Source: the human T2T-CHM13v2.0 reference genome, Homo sapiens. Taken from it: a DNA stretch of 64,000 nucleotides. Both the position numbers and the translations under genes were made by a program. The notes below the pieces were generated by a model. That model saw only the letters and a program-made list of their open reading frames with translations. It was not told where the DNA came from and did no database searches. Of the stretch, positions 23,760-48,656 are shown piece after piece. The DNA is taken from the NCBI RefSeq assembly GCF_009914755.1, contig NC_060941.1. The stretch is one strand, 5' to 3'. The stretch's first letter is position 1. Each line of letters opens with the position of its first letter.

Positions 23760-24440
23760 TGACCAGTCTGGTCTTGAACTCCTGACCTCAGGTAATCCAC
23801 CCGCCTGGGCCTCCTAAAGTGCTGGGATTACAGGTGTGAGCCACCGCGCCTGGCCCATTTTCTTAATGTAAGTCCACAATATGTCATTAGGGGAGAATGA
23901 CTTTGGCAAACTCATATGCTTCAAAGGCAGAAAGACATGTACTAAGAAGGCAGTTAGAGCTGGAAAATTCTTGACATAATTACAACTTTAGCAAGAGAAT
24001 AAAAATAGATTTTAAAAGTGTGTGCATGTGGGGAGGTGACAGAATATCTTTATATGTACTTTAAGAAGCTGACGCGTTATCCAGACACAAAAGATAACAT
24101 TCTCATCAAAACAGGCCAAGATGAAACACCAGGGGCACTCTTCACAGAAATTAAGTGGATGCTTCTGGCGCCAAATGTCTTTGCCTGGTTCTTCCTGGCA
24201 TTTCTGCTTGACTCCTTCCCCCTGTATCATTCTCAAATCCCCAGCCTTTCCACTGGGCAAAGCCACTCTCTTCTCCCTCAGGCTCTGAAGAGATAACACA
24301 AATGTATGGACACTTTTTGTCCTTCAATTAAAAAACCTGCTGGAAGCTCCAGTGATGTTAAGAATTAACTGGTAGTTCTTTATCTTAGCTAGGCTTATGT
24401 ATTCCAAATTTTGCCTGTTTTCTTGGAATTATATGAATTT

Positions 24441-24481
24441 CCTTATTAAACATTTGATTTGAAGGAAACTGTGCATGTCTA
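24441..24481 (+). repeat. 41-bp exact dispersed direct repeat, copy 2
   Basis: Identical to 22396-22436; flanks differ immediately on both sides. Confidence 0.95.
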
Positions 24482-24641
24482 TTAATTACCCATGAGGTAC
24501 ATGTGTATTTCTGAAATTTCTCCTTCAGTCTCACCTGAGTTTAATTTTTGCCTAAGATGTTTAGAGTTCCTGAGGTGCTTCTCTAGGCTAAAATTTAAAG
24601 ATTTTTTTTTAAAAAAGCAAATAAAAGTAAATGAATGGCTA

Positions 24642-25040
<399 letters not shown>

Positions 25041-26577
25041 CTACTATTCATCTAAATAATGGAGAACTGGCATTTTACAATTAAGATATAAAAAATATTC
25101 ATACTTTCAGAATTTCCAAGTCAGAGGTGGCTTACAACAGCTTTCATTAGAAAAGGGTGAGACGCCCAAATAAAATGCTCCCTGGTGGAACAAAGTCCCC
25201 TTTAAACCTTTACCAAGCTCTTTCTCAGAAGCTCACAAAACTTAAGACAATGTGAACATGATGAGAAAGCAAAGCTCTCCAACATAAGGCTGAAAATGAC
25301 AATAAAAGACTGCAATAAAAGACTAGTGGGATGAACATGAATGCTTGTCAGTGACAAACACATTATGCCTACAAAGAATAAATACTGCACTTCTCTTTAG
25401 GTCTATTTACAGACAGGACCCCATGACCTTTCAGGCATAAACCTCCACTGGCAGAAGTAAGAATTTAATCACAAAACTTCTATGGTAAATTATAAAAAAT
25501 AAGAAATTTGGATTTAGGCCTTCTGCCATTTCCAATACAAGTAGCTTTGAGTATTCTTGGTTGACAAGGGAATGTTTGCATTTCTAATGTTAACAAAGAA
25601 AATATCCACCACTGGCTTCTTAACCAGACGGAAGCGGGCAGGTTTCTGGATAGAGGCTTAAGGCAAATCAAACAGGTTCACAACTAAGCAGCCTATTAGG
25701 GATTCCAGGCATGGCTTTGCTTTCTGAGGGACAGCTCCATATCATCTCTAGCCAGGTTTTCCACATTGCTACCAAACTGGGGACACGTTTCTGTATCAGG
25801 CTTTTGAAAGAACTTTAAGTTATATACATATACCATCAAAGCATATACTGGTGATGCTTGATATTTAAAGGAATCCTACAGTGAATCATTTATTTCCTTT
25901 GAAAATAAGGTTTTCAAAAATTGGCTACAACTCTGATCGCATGAATGAGATTCAAAGATTTCTCACATAAAAGAAAGATCTCAACCTCCTTCTACTGTGA
26001 ACTTGCTTTCCAAGACTAAAAACTGGTATCTCCTCTTCAGTCTCCTTACACATCTGAAATCGTTCCTGCAATATGAGAGGCACTTTTATTAGGTGTAGCA
26101 TCTATTAAAAACTCTAAAGCCAGGGTAGAATTTGCTGAACAAAGTAATAGCACTAGCCTAATAGGCATTATTTATAAGGACTTTTTCCCCTTTAATATAA
26201 AAGTATAACTACAGCAGTTCAATGTACAAATACAAAAAAAGTTCTCATACTAAAAAAAAAAAAGTACCATAATACTGTACATACAAAAACTGTTCAACAA
26301 GAATGATTTAAATATGTCTGTTCTTCTCCAGATCTGGAAGACACAAATGTAAAGTTCTGCAACTGTATTATTGCTAAGAACATGTGCCTGGGAACACTGT
26401 GTTTCCCTTTCTCTCCCTCAGCCCAGCCCCGCCTCCAGAGTCCCCTGAGCTTGGATCATGAGCCAACAGCATCCCTGAAGATAACCAGAGCCAAATGTTT
26501 ACTCAATGGAAGTCATTATTCAGTGAGCTGCTGCTTACCATAAACTATGAAAAGCACAGGTTTTAAGCCCGCCAGGA

Positions 26578-27819
<1,242 letters not shown>

Positions 27820-27943
27820 TCAACAAATATTAAATCTTAATTTAATTACTAATTATGATATCTCTAGGAACTACTGCTTTGAATACTTGAAATCTAACCT
27901 CAAGGTTCACAGTGGAACAAATGTTAGAATAAACAGCATCTCA

Positions 27944-28641
<698 letters not shown>

Positions 28642-29345
28642 GACCTAGGTTCTTTACACATACTATTATTTCATGAGACCTTCAGAATTTTGTGAGATAG
28701 AAATTTAAAAAACACACAGGTATAGTTATTCGGTCCAATCACAGAAAAACCACCACTGAGAACATAAAGGGGACACCTCGGTTGGACTCCACTGTGAAGG
28801 GGTGATTTATTAGGAAACTTAAATTTTAGACAAGTGCTAAAAGGGATTAAGAAGATGGTACAGCTACAAACTGCTGGCAATCATTAAGAACTAAAACAAA
28901 AGACAGAAGGGAACTAGGAAGATCTTCCCTAGCTAGGCTGCATCGCATACCAGATTTTGGTTTTACTTAGAAGCCCAGTAAATGGTCTTGCAATAAATAT
29001 TGTACCCCTTTACTATATAACAGAATCTACAAATTATACTTCTGTACCTTATTTATGGTAGACATTAAAAAATGATTGCTAAACTGAACTGTGAGGACAT
29101 TAAATCCAATCAACAGCAAATCCATTTAAAACAGCATTTTAAAGGACAGTTTCTTTCTGAGATTCCCAGATCTACATCCAGGATCCAGGTAAAAACCACC
29201 TAAATGAGGTAATATATGGGAAATCCCCAATAAAGCCCCGACACAAAGTAGACTTAATTTTTAACTTGTCCTCCTCCCTCTCCCAGTTTACTTCTGCAGA
29301 TTACAGATGATTTGTCAGCACCACCAAAGTTTAAACACACTTTAC

Positions 29346-29421
29346 CTGTTGTCCAGAACTTCGGTTACCCAAAATTTTCTTAGAGAAATGATGTTTTGAT
29401 TGCAATTTTTCCAGATTCCCT
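29346..29421 (-). other. GJC1: GJC1 5' UTR exon 2 (76 nt)
   Basis: ctcttttctttttcccttccag| acceptor and CAG|gtaaag donor in unique sequence 1.56 kb upstream of the coding exon. Confidence 0.85.
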
Positions 29422-30374
29422 CTGGAAGGGAAAAAGAAAAGAGCAGGTCATAAGCTTTCTCCCACAGAAAACAATGAATCACTAAAATGCCATTTTCAGA
29501 AAGAAACAAAGTTTTCTATGTATCATAAAAATCAATGAGATTAAGATAGAAACAGGCTTGAGTTTGAATACCAGTCTTCTCCTCCCCATACAGGTGGCAG
29601 GAGAAACCATGTAACAGGTGACCCAAAGATTCTTAAGTCACCACAGTCTAAGAATATACGACAGGAAGATGCGTCAGTAGTAAAAATATGAAGCAGATGA
29701 ACTCTGGCACCTATAGGAAAAAGCCAAAGCAGAAGAATTGCAGCAAATTGAAAGCAGGTCACTAAAGGCCTTGCAAAAACCTTCACCCCATCTGCTCTAT
29801 TCCCTGAAGCAGCCGATACACCTCTCAGGGGGATTTGAGCAGCTAACTAGGAGCAAGCTGTTTAGCTAAAACACCCAACAGCTGGCTCTCAGTCACAGGA
29901 ACACCCGTCTCCATGGGAGGTGATTTACAGATACAACTACTCACAAAAAGTCACAGAAAGAAAACACCTGCATCTGTACTGGATTAAACAGCAAAACAGA
30001 AAAGTTTCCAAGATGAATTATTGCTCATTATTAAGCTCTGGCAACTCTGTATAGCTCTGGCCAAATGTCATCCATAAGGCGCCCACATTTAGCAAATAAA
30101 TTTAAAACAATTCCTGAATGTTATGTGTTTATAGTAACTTAATTAAAAGGGTGCTTTGTGTTGTTGTTTAAAGATACAGGAAAAAAAAAACTGGAACAAT
30201 TTCCAAAGGAACAATGGAAAAAAAAAAAGTGAAGGCATGAAGCCGCATAAAGATTTGCACATAAGCCTGGGCAATATAGTGAGACCCTATCTTTCCAAAT
30301 TTTAAAAAAATTAGCCAGGTGTGGTGGCAGTGGTGGCCACTGCAGTCCAACCTGGTAGATAGAACAACACCCTG

Positions 30375-30416
<42 letters not shown>

Positions 30417-30603
30417 CCCAGCACAGTGGCTCTGGCTCACGCCTGTAATCCCAGCACTTCGGGAGGCCAAGGTGGGGGGATCACATGAGTTCAGGAGTTT
30501 GAGACCAGCCTGGGCAACATGTGAAACCTAGTCTTCACCAAACAACAACAACAACACACACCCCCAAAATTAGCATGGTGACGCACACCTGTGGTCCCAG
30601 CTA

Positions 30604-30729
<126 letters not shown>

Positions 30730-30865
30730 TTACATATGAAGAATCCCGGCCAAGCACGGTGGCTCATGCCTGTAATTCCAGCACTTTGGGAAGCCGAGGT
30801 GGGTGGATCACCAGCAGTCGGGAGTTTGAGACCAGCCAGACCAACATGGACTGACCAACTAACTA

Positions 30866-31030
<165 letters not shown>

Positions 31031-31537
31031 TCAAAACAAAACAAAACAAACAAAAGAATCCAGCTGGGCATGGTGGCTCACACCTGTAATCTCAGCACTT
31101 TGGAAGGCTGAAGGAGGAGGATCACTTGAACTTGGGAGCTTGAGACTGCAATGAGCTATGATCATACCACTGCACTCCTGCCTGGGCGAGAGAGGGAGAC
31201 TCTAACACAATAAAATTTCCAGTACAGCTCCCATTTCTAGCCCTGTTTTCCAACTGAGCTCACCACCTCTTTTCTCATTGAATATACAAGTTATAAAACC
31301 TCAAAACAAGAAGTAAATAATATAAAATCTTTAAATGGTGATGTAAGCCAGGTTTCCAACATAGAACTCCATGATTCTCATCCACAAATTCTCTGCAGGC
31401 TCAGATTTTCCCCAAAGCCTGAAATTTCTATTTGTTCCAATAAGCCAAAATTATGAAAATACAATTAGTTAGAACTAACTCATCTGTTATATCTCCATCC
31501 ACAAAGATAAATGTGTATCTTTTTTTTTTTTTTTTGA

Positions 31538-31696
<159 letters not shown>

Positions 31697-31798
31697 TAGT
31701 AGAGACGGGGTTTCTCCATGTTGAGGCTGGTCTTGAACTCCTGACCTCAGGTGATCCGCCTGCCTCGGCCTCCCGAAGTGCTGGGATTACAGGCGTGA

Positions 31799-31993
<195 letters not shown>

Positions 31994-32128
31994 TAGAGAC
32001 TGGGTTTCACCATGTTAGCCAAGATGGTCTCGATCTCCTGACCTCGTGATCCACCCGCCTCGGCCTCCCAAAATCCTGGGATTACAAGCGTGAGCCACCA
32101 CGCCCAGCTAATTTTGTATTTTTAGTAG

Positions 32129-32356
<228 letters not shown>

Positions 32357-33000
32357 TAAGTTCTAAAGCAGCCATTTTAACACATCCATTAGTAAGTATT
32401 GTGTACTGATTAAGCTGCAGACGTGGAAAATGCTGAACCCTTACAGTCTGGTTTTCCATAGACAATCCTAAGAGCCACAGAGTATGGGTACTCTATACCC
32501 ACACTCTGAAGTCTTCGGAATGAGTATCGCTACGGTCTATGCTCTTGACCACAAAATGTTGAGAAGATCCACAACAACCAGGGGTTTTCTCCACAAAACT
32601 CGCTGGAGATCTGCAGACGGACTCCCCTCCATACCCCAGGTCTTCAGCTCTGATCAGTGCATGTGTGGGGAGGAGCGGGGATCTGGATACCTGATCCTCT
32701 CTATACTGGATGGACATCAATTAATTCATTTTTTTTTTTTAAACAGGGTCTCGCTCTGTTGCCCACACTGGAGTGCAGTGGTGCAGACCTAAGTCACTGC
32801 AGCCTCAACCTCTTGTGTCAAGCAATCTTCCCACCTTAGCCCCCTGCAGTAGCTGGGACTACAGGTGAAGGAACACTACCATGCCTGGCTAATTTCTGTA
32901 TAGATGAGGTTTCGTCATATTGCCCAGGCTGGTCTTGTACCCCAGAGCTCAAGTGATCTGCCCACCTCAGCCTCCCAAAGTGTTGGGATTACAGGTGTGA

Positions 33001-33266
<266 letters not shown>

Positions 33267-33761
33267 TGATCCACCCACCTCGGCCTCCCAAAGTGCTGGG
33301 ATTACAGGCGTGAGCCACTGCACCTGGCCTTTTTTCTTTTTTTTTTTTTTTTTTGAGACAAAGTCTCTCTTTGTTATCCAGGCTGGAGTGCAGCGGCACC
33401 TGGGCTCACTGTAGCCTCAGCCTCCCCAGGTTCAGGTGATCCTCTCACCTCAGCCTCCCAAATACCTGAGACTACAGTTGCACGCCACCATGCCTGGCTA
33501 ATTTTTGTATTTTTTGCAGAGAAGAGGTTTTGCCATGTTGCCCAGGCTGGTCCTGAACTCCTGGGCTCAAGTGATCTGCCTGCCTCGGCCTTCCAAAGTA
33601 CTAGGATTACAAGCATGAGCCACTATGCCCGGCCTCTTTCTCTTAATATAATTCTGTGGGAAAAAAAATAGGCCGGCGCGGTGGCTCACGCCTGTAATCC
33701 CAGCACTTTGGGAGGCTGAGACAAGTGGATCACCTGAGGTCGGGAGTTCGAGACTGGCCTA

Positions 33762-34048
<287 letters not shown>

Positions 34049-34151
34049 TCAGGAGATTGAGACCATCCTGGCCAACATGATGAAACCCGCCCCTACTAAA
34101 AACACAAAAAAATTAGCCGGGTGTGGTGGTACACGCTTGTAGTCCCAGCTA

Positions 34152-34313
<162 letters not shown>

Positions 34314-34319
34314 TTAAAA

Positions 34320-34450
34320 CCCATTTATGCCTATTGTTCCATTACTGGAACGCTACGCATGTGGGAGTTATTTATATCCTACTGTTCAAGATCATTGCCA
34401 AGGTCTGATTTTTTCAAATTCAAAAAATTGCAATCTCAGGCATAAATGGG
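34320..34450 (+). mobile_element. MER85 non-autonomous piggyBac (PGBD3-derived) MITE
   Basis: Perfect 13-bp TIRs CCCATTTATGCCT / AGGCATAAATGGG; TTAA at 34451-34454 (left flank ttaaaa); internal palindrome GTTCCAttacTGGAAC at 34336-34351. Confidence 0.93.
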
Positions 34451-34613
34451 TTAAAACAAACAAACACACACAAAAAAACCCATAATCACAGCTACTTACA
34501 AATGTTTTGGTTTTCCTTATGTCCTTCTAGTCTTTATCTAAATGAATACTCTTTCCAAATAACACTAATTTACTAAGGGATCTAGTAGTAAAAATGAACT
34601 TTTTTTTTTTTAA

Positions 34614-34800
<187 letters not shown>

Positions 34801-35381
34801 TAACCGGGATGGTCTCCATCTCCTGACCTCATGTTCTGCCCACCTCGGCCTCCCAAAGTGCTGGGATTACAGACGTGAGCCACCACGCCCGGCCAAACTT
34901 CTCTTATACTTGTTTACTATTTGCATTTCTTTTTGTGTAAATGTGTTTATCAACTTAACTCCAACATCTCACAAAATGGGTGACGAGCAACTAACCTTCC
35001 TTCCTTCTCCTTTCCTCCCTTTCTCTTTTTTTTCTTTGAGACAAGAGTCTCTGTCACCCAGGCTGGAGCACAGTACCGCAATCTCAGCTGACTGTAGCCT
35101 CCGTCTCCTGGGTCCAAGCAATTCTCCTGCCTTAGCCTCCCGAGTAGCTGGACTACAGGCGCACACCACCACGTCCAACTAATTTTTAGTAGAGATGGGG
35201 TTTCGCCCCGTTGGCCAGTCTGGTCTCGAACTCCTGACCTCAGGAGATTCACCCTTCGGCTTCCCAAATGCTGGGATTACAGGTGTGAGCCACCGCACCC
35301 AGCTGCAATCTTCTTTCTAAAATAAAGAACCATGAGTTTCCTAAAATGAATGGCAGTATCACCAATGTTTTTACCTATTGA

Positions 35382-35675
<294 letters not shown>

Positions 35676-35976
35676 TGATCTGCTCACCTCGGCCTCCCAA
35701 AGTGCTAAGATTACAGGCGTGAGTCACCACGCCCGGCCACAAGTTACCCATTCTTACTCTCAGTGAAATGTCAAATAATTCCTGGGAGATGAGTGCAGTC
35801 TGGGGAACATTTTGAAAACATTAGTCCTCATTTCTGTAATGGGTCACTCATTCTCTAGGCAAGCCCCCTCCCTGGCAGCTATGTATTAACAAAGCATTAA
35901 GGATTGGCTTACAATGTTACAGAGTACAATACTCCTCCAGAGAAATTAAGATCATTTCAAGAAGTAGAATGAGTAG

Positions 35977-36291
<315 letters not shown>

Positions 36292-37147
36292 TAGCCAGGA
36301 TGGTCTTGATCTCCTGACCTCGTGATCCACCCACCTCAGCCTCCCAAAGTGCTGGGATTACAGGCGTGAGCCACCACACCCAGCCCTGAACATTTTATCT
36401 ATTTTTTCTTGAATGGCTTCTTAAATTTTTTTTTAAAGAATGCTGCAATTCACGGAAGCACATAATTCAAAAGGATTCACTCACTCACACACAAAAAACC
36501 CTGGAGATCTGCAGAGGGGCCCCTCAGTCTTCAGAACTGATCAGTGCACATGTGAGGAAATGGTCTACATAAGGGACCTGAAAAGGTGCCTAAAATTCAG
36601 GACATAGGGCCGGAGCGATGGCTCACGCCTGTAATCCTAGCACTTTGGGAGGCCAAGGCAGGTGGATCACCTAAGGTCAGGAGTTCAAGACCAGCCTGGC
36701 CAACATGGCGAAACCCCATCTCTACTAAAAATACAAAAATTAGCTGGGCGTGGTGGCATGCGCCTGTAATCCCAGCTACTTGGAGGCTGAGGCAGGAGAA
36801 CCACTTGAACCCGGGGGGCGGAGGTTGCAGTGAGACGAGAAGGCACCACTTCACTCAAGCATGGGTGAAAGAGCAAGACTCAGTCTTAGGAAAAAAAAAA
36901 AAAATTTCAGGACATAAGTCTTCTCTGGCTTCCCTGCTTCTGAAAACAAACTTGGTTATAGTGTAGGGGCTGAAAGTCTGAGATTCAGCTGTGAATGGCT
37001 CTCATGAATAAAAAATCATGTCTATACTCCATCTACAAATAGAAAATGACATGGAAGCACATGTCAAGTGGTGGAGATGGGTGGAGGCCAAATACCTCAA
37101 TGTCTTTTGCTAATTAGTAAAGCACCAATTTTTTATTATTTTTTTGA

Positions 37148-37249
<102 letters not shown>

Positions 37250-37868
37250 TGAATAGCTGGGGTCCAACTGATTTATATGTACTTTTATACTTAATATCTT
37301 CGTGAATATATCCTAAATGCCTTGAGTTTATATCTATAAATTCTAGGAGGTGGTATTATTAGATCACAGGCAATGTAAATCTGCATGGTTTTTGCTTTGT
37401 ACTGTCATTTGGTTTTCAAAAAAGGCACTAGTAATTTACAGTGCCTGGCAATGAATGTATACTTAAAACAACTTCACCTCCACCTCTTCAGCACTGTCAT
37501 TATGCTCCTTTACTAGATGCAAAATGGCATTTCAAAATCATGTCAATTTTCATGTTTCTAAGACAGTAGGATACGTTCCCCCTCATATATCCAACCCCTT
37601 TGTGGGTTATTTCCATCCTTTTACCTATTTGTCTATAAAAGGTAATCTTGATATAGTATAGACATTGATTAATTGACATTTAATATAAACATCTCAGTTT
37701 ATTTTACTGACTTCCTTCAAATTTTATTTTTATAGAATCGTATCAATTCTTTAAAAAATTAAAAGGTTGAAAAAGTTGGGGCGCGGTGGCTCACGACTGT
37801 AATCCCAGCATTTTGGGAGGCCGAGGTGGGCGGATCATGAGGTCAGGAGATCGAGACCATCCTGGCTA

Positions 37869-38108
<240 letters not shown>

Positions 38109-38871
38109 TTAAAAGATACTGCAATTCATGGTAGCCCATAATTCAAAAGGATTCACTCACACAAAGAAAACCCAAATACTGAAGAAAATCAAGTTTGCTT
38201 ATATAACATTTATTAGACAGAAACCAAATGTGCTATTTTTAGTCTATTTTCCAAATAACTTAGACACAAATCTACCTTGTCTTACACTAGAAAACAGAAT
38301 TTAAAAAAATTAGCTGGCATCAACATGGTAATAAATTATGTAATTCTCTCTCAAATTCTTATCTCAAGAGTTTTCTATAGGTTATATCCAAACAGACTCA
38401 AATTAACACTGTTTTTCTGTAAAACATAATTCAGTTTGTTTTGTTTTGTTTTTGGTTTTCTGAGACAGAGTGTCGCTCTGTCGCCCAGGCTGGAGTGCAA
38501 TGGCGAAGTCTCAGCTCACTGCAACCTCTGCCTCCGGGGTTCAAGCAATTCTCCTGCCTCAGTCAGCTTCTCGAGTAGCTGGGATTACAGGCACTCGCCA
38601 CCAGGCCTGGCTAATTTTTCTATTTTTAGTAGAGATGAGGTTTCACCTTGTTATCCAGGCTGGTCTCGAACTCCTGACTTAACTGATCCCTCTGCCTCGG
38701 CCTCCCAACGTGCTGGGATTACAGGTGTGAGCTACCGCGCCCAGCCGAATTAATAGGATTTTTGAAGATCAAATGTAATGAACATTATTTGAATTATTTC
38801 AGCAGGTAGATTCTAATATTAAACTCATTTTAAAGATGAGGAAATCAGGTTTAAAAATTTATAATTTGCCT

Positions 38872-40182
<1,311 letters not shown>

Positions 40183-40540
40183 TGCACAAACACCAGAAAG
40201 AAAATACATTTCAGAGTTTAAGATCTTAAAATGTAAAATGGAATGAAAGTTTAAAAGTAAAATAAAACAGAACAAGCTTTCTGGGTAGCTGGGGAGGAAG
40301 GAATAAACGGTATCTTTGACAAAAATGATTTATTTATTTAAGGAGGACAATTTATTTGGGCATTGAGAATAGGGAGACCACAAAACAACTATTAACCCAA
40401 GAAATCACTTCCACATATATCTTTGGAAAAGTCTCTAATAGTCTCATGTTAAAAAAAAAAAAAAGGCCAGGCATGGTGGCTCACATCTGTAATCCTAGCA
40501 CTTTGGGAGGCTGAGGCGGGCGGATCCCAAGGTCAGTTCA

Positions 40541-40831
<291 letters not shown>

Positions 40832-40974
40832 TCAGCTCAGGAGTTCAAGACCATCCTAGACAACATGGCGAGACCCCGTCTCTATTTAAAAAAAGAAAAC
40901 AAAAAACAAAACCTCTCAAGTTTTTCAAATCAAGCACTAAAAACCCCCCCCCATTAACTTGTGTCCTGTTAAAT

Positions 40975-42065
<1,091 letters not shown>

Positions 42066-43252
42066 TAATTTTTTTACATTTTTAGTAGAAACAGGGTTTC
42101 ACTTTGTTGGCCAGGCTGGTCTCAAACTCCTGACCTCAGGTTATCCGTCTGCCTCAGCCTCCCAAAGTGCTGGGATTACAGGCGTGAGCCACGGCTCCTG
42201 GGCGAAAAGTGATTCTTAACCTTGAATTTTGTGAAACTAAGCAAGCAATGGACTAGAAGGCAAGAGATTCTAATCCCAGAATATAATCCATGCACTTCAG
42301 GAATAAGTTCTTTCCATATCCTAATTTCTGAAATAAATGAAGAATATCAAGTTAGATGATTTCTAAAATCTCTTCCATTTAACATTTGATGAAAACTATC
42401 TCAGAGTAAAATTCACCAAACTGACAAATTATGTGGAACTCAAAAGTCTAGGGATAGGAGAAAAGTAAAGTAATAGCAGTAAAATTAAACAATATAACAA
42501 GATGTCAAAATTTTAAAAAGGCACTTCCCAAACGATCATTTCAGAAAATTTGCGGTTGGACTAAATTTAAAAATTTCAATATTGACTCACTGTAATTCCA
42601 AAGTAGGTATTAACAATCTAGGCATCCCAGCTCATGAGCTGAGCAATCCACTAAGAATCGTGCTAGTGACTCATACCCCTGAACGCGACTGCTTTATGTG
42701 CAGAGACCAGGAATCAATTAAAGGGTTTACAATGAAGTGTTGTTTAACTGGAACGTTTTAAGTGGAAGTTAATTCCACATGAGTGATAATAGATGTTTAA
42801 TAACTAGCTCGTGACAATTTCTAAGCAAAAGCATTACAGCAGCTAAGTAGCACATAGTAATCTATGTGCTACAAACATGAAAACAACTTGTTTTCAAAAG
42901 AGCTCTTGGCTATGAATATTTGAAAAACCTAAAATATAATTTGTGGCGAATCAAATTATAAAATCTCATGGAGAGTGAGTAGTTTGAGATCTTGGCTGTA
43001 TCAACCAATGAGGAAACAAAAAGCACCATTGTGGGTTGAAGTGCCAATTTTCGCTGGCAAAAAGCCATTCTATTTGAATGTAAGAACCTTCAGGAACCAG
43101 CTGGAGAAGTATGAGGAACCTGGGATAGGGATAATATATTCATTCACAACATATCCTAAGTGGAACTGTCTTCATGCAAACAGGACAATATTGGAACATT
43201 TGTCCAAAACAGCCTAAGATTAGGTCAAACCAACTGTTCTGAACAATGCTCA

Positions 43253-43473
<221 letters not shown>

Positions 43474-43493
43474 CTACTAAAAATACAAAATTA

Positions 43494-43637
<144 letters not shown>

Positions 43638-43638
43638 T

Positions 43639-43672
<34 letters not shown>

Positions 43673-43952
43673 AAAAAAACACCAACACCCATACCATCAT
43701 ACACCAATGGTGTCATCTGGTACAACTTTTCTGGAAGGCATCTTGGCAACAGTTATCAAGAACTTTAAAGTGCTTATATCCTTTGATCAATAATTCCACA
43801 TTTAGTAATTTACCCTAAACAAATACAGGGCATTTATTATAAGAAACACATATAATTAGGTTGGGTGCGGTGGCTAACACCTGTAATCCTAGCACTTTGG
43901 GAGGCCGAGGCAGGTGGATCACAAGGTCAGGAGATCAAGACCATCCTGGCTA

Positions 43953-44216
<264 letters not shown>

Positions 44217-44258
44217 TTATGGGGGGAATAAGGAGGGAGTAACTGCTAACGGGTATCA

Positions 44259-44695
<437 letters not shown>

Positions 44696-45121
44696 TCACT
44701 TTGGACAACACAATTCAAATTACCTCCTCTGAGTATCTCTGTGGAGATGTTGAACAGGCAGCCAGGATAAAAAAAGAGGTCTGGCTACAGATAAAAATGT
44801 GGCAGTATTCAAAATATATATGGTAACCGAAGCCACAGAATGGATAATTTCAGGAAGGAAAATTTTGAATCCAAATAAACATCTACTCTGGATGGGCAAT
44901 TAGGAATTCCAAGTCCAAGAATGACTCAAGGGGAATTCCTAAAATAGAGTCCAGCTCTAATTTGAACGTTCCCAAAAGGAATGTTATAACTCATTAGTTA
45001 AGTAATAATAAATTAAGCCAAAACTGATAAATACTACAAACATGTGAATGAAAATAATCTCTATAACTATTGGGAGTTGAATATAGTTTAGAGATTAGAG
45101 GATAAGAATAGGGGTGTGTGA

Positions 45122-45427
<306 letters not shown>

Positions 45428-45697
45428 TGATCCCCCCGCCTCGGCCTCCCAAAGTGCTGAGATTACAGGCGTGAGCCACCGTACCTAGCCTCTTTCCTCC
45501 TTTTTTTTAAAATTTCTTATTTTTGTAGAGACAGGGTCTCATCATATTGCCCAGGTTGGTCTTGAACTCCTGGACTCAAGCAATCCTCCTGCCATGACCT
45601 CCAGAAGAGCTGTGATTACTGGTGTGAGGCACCATGCCTGGCCTTTCTTTCCTTTCCTTTTTTTTTTTTTGAGATGGAGTCTTGTTCTGTCGCCTAG

Positions 45698-45832
<135 letters not shown>

Positions 45833-45883
45833 TAGTAGAGACGGGGTTTCACGGTGTTAGCCAGGATGGTCTCGATCTCCTGA

Positions 45884-46227
<344 letters not shown>

Positions 46228-46599
46228 TGAGCCACCGCACCCGGCCTCTTTTTTCAAATAGAGACTGTCCCACTCTGTTGACCAGGGTGGAGTGCATGGT
46301 GTGATCACAACTCACTGTAGCCTTCAACTTCTGGGCTCAAAAAATCCTCCTGCCTCATCCTCCTGAGTAGCTGAAACCACAGGTGTATGCCACCACATCC
46401 AGCTAATTTTCAAATTACTTTTTGCAGAGACAGGGCCCTCACTATGTTGCCCAGGGCGGTCTCAAACTCCTGGGCTCAAGGTATCCTCTAGCCTCAGCCT
46501 CCGAAAGTGCTGGGAGTACATGTGTGCCACTGCACTCCAGACTGGGTGACACAGTGAGGCTCTGTCTCAAAAATAAAATAAATAAAATAAAATCAGTCA

Positions 46600-46827
<228 letters not shown>

Positions 46828-47129
46828 TTAATCAAGTGCTTATATGTTTTGGGGAAGAAAAAAAAAAAAAAAACGTTGGGATCCAGGTGCCTTGGCCTGT
46901 AATCCCCATATTTGAGAGGCCAAGAGGACTGCTTGAGCCCAGGAGTTCAAGACCAGCCTGGGCAACAAAACAAGACCCTGTCTCTTCCAAAAAAAATTTT
47001 AAAATTAACTGGGCGTGGTGGCGGTGTGGGCCTGTGGTCCCAGCTACTAGGGATGCTGTGGTGGAAGGATCGCTTGAGAGCACCACTACACTTTAGCCTG
47101 GGCTACAGAACAAGACTCTGTCTCAATTA

Positions 47130-47219
<90 letters not shown>

Positions 47220-47827
47220 TCACCTGAGGTCAGGAGACCAGCCTGACCAACATGGAGAAACCCTGTCTCTACCAATACAAAATTAGCTGGGCATGGTGGT
47301 GCATGCCTGTAATCCCAGCTACTTGGGAGGCTGAGGCAAGAGAATCTTGCCCAGGGGGCAGAGGTTGCGGTGAGCCGAGATTGCGCGACTGCACTCCAGC
47401 CTAGGCAACAAGAGCAAAACTCCGTCTCAAAAAAATAAAAAGGGCCAGACACAGTGGTTCGCGTCTGTAATCCCAGCACTTTGAGAGGCTGAGGCAACCT
47501 GAGGTCAGGAGTTCGAGACCAGCCTAGCCAACATGGTGAAACCCTTTCTCTACTAAAAATACAAAAATTAGCTGGGCGTGGTGGTGGACACCTATAATCC
47601 CAGCTTCTCGCAAGGCTCAGGCAAGAGAATTCCTTGAACCTGGGAGACGGAGGTTGCAGTGAGCCAAGATCGTGCCACTGCACTCCACCCTGGGTGAAAG
47701 AGTGAGACTCAGTCTCAAAAGAAAAAAAAAAAAAAAGTTGAATGACTTAATGGGCACCAGAATGCTTTTGTCCAAATTGTGCTTGTATTACAAGCATTAT
47801 AGCCTCAAAGAACAAAGCTTCAACTGA

Positions 47828-48656
<829 letters not shown>

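Noticed and set aside
29346-29421. Single-exon circRNA of exon 2 flanked by inverted Alus
   Set aside because: 76 nt is too short for efficient back-splicing on its own
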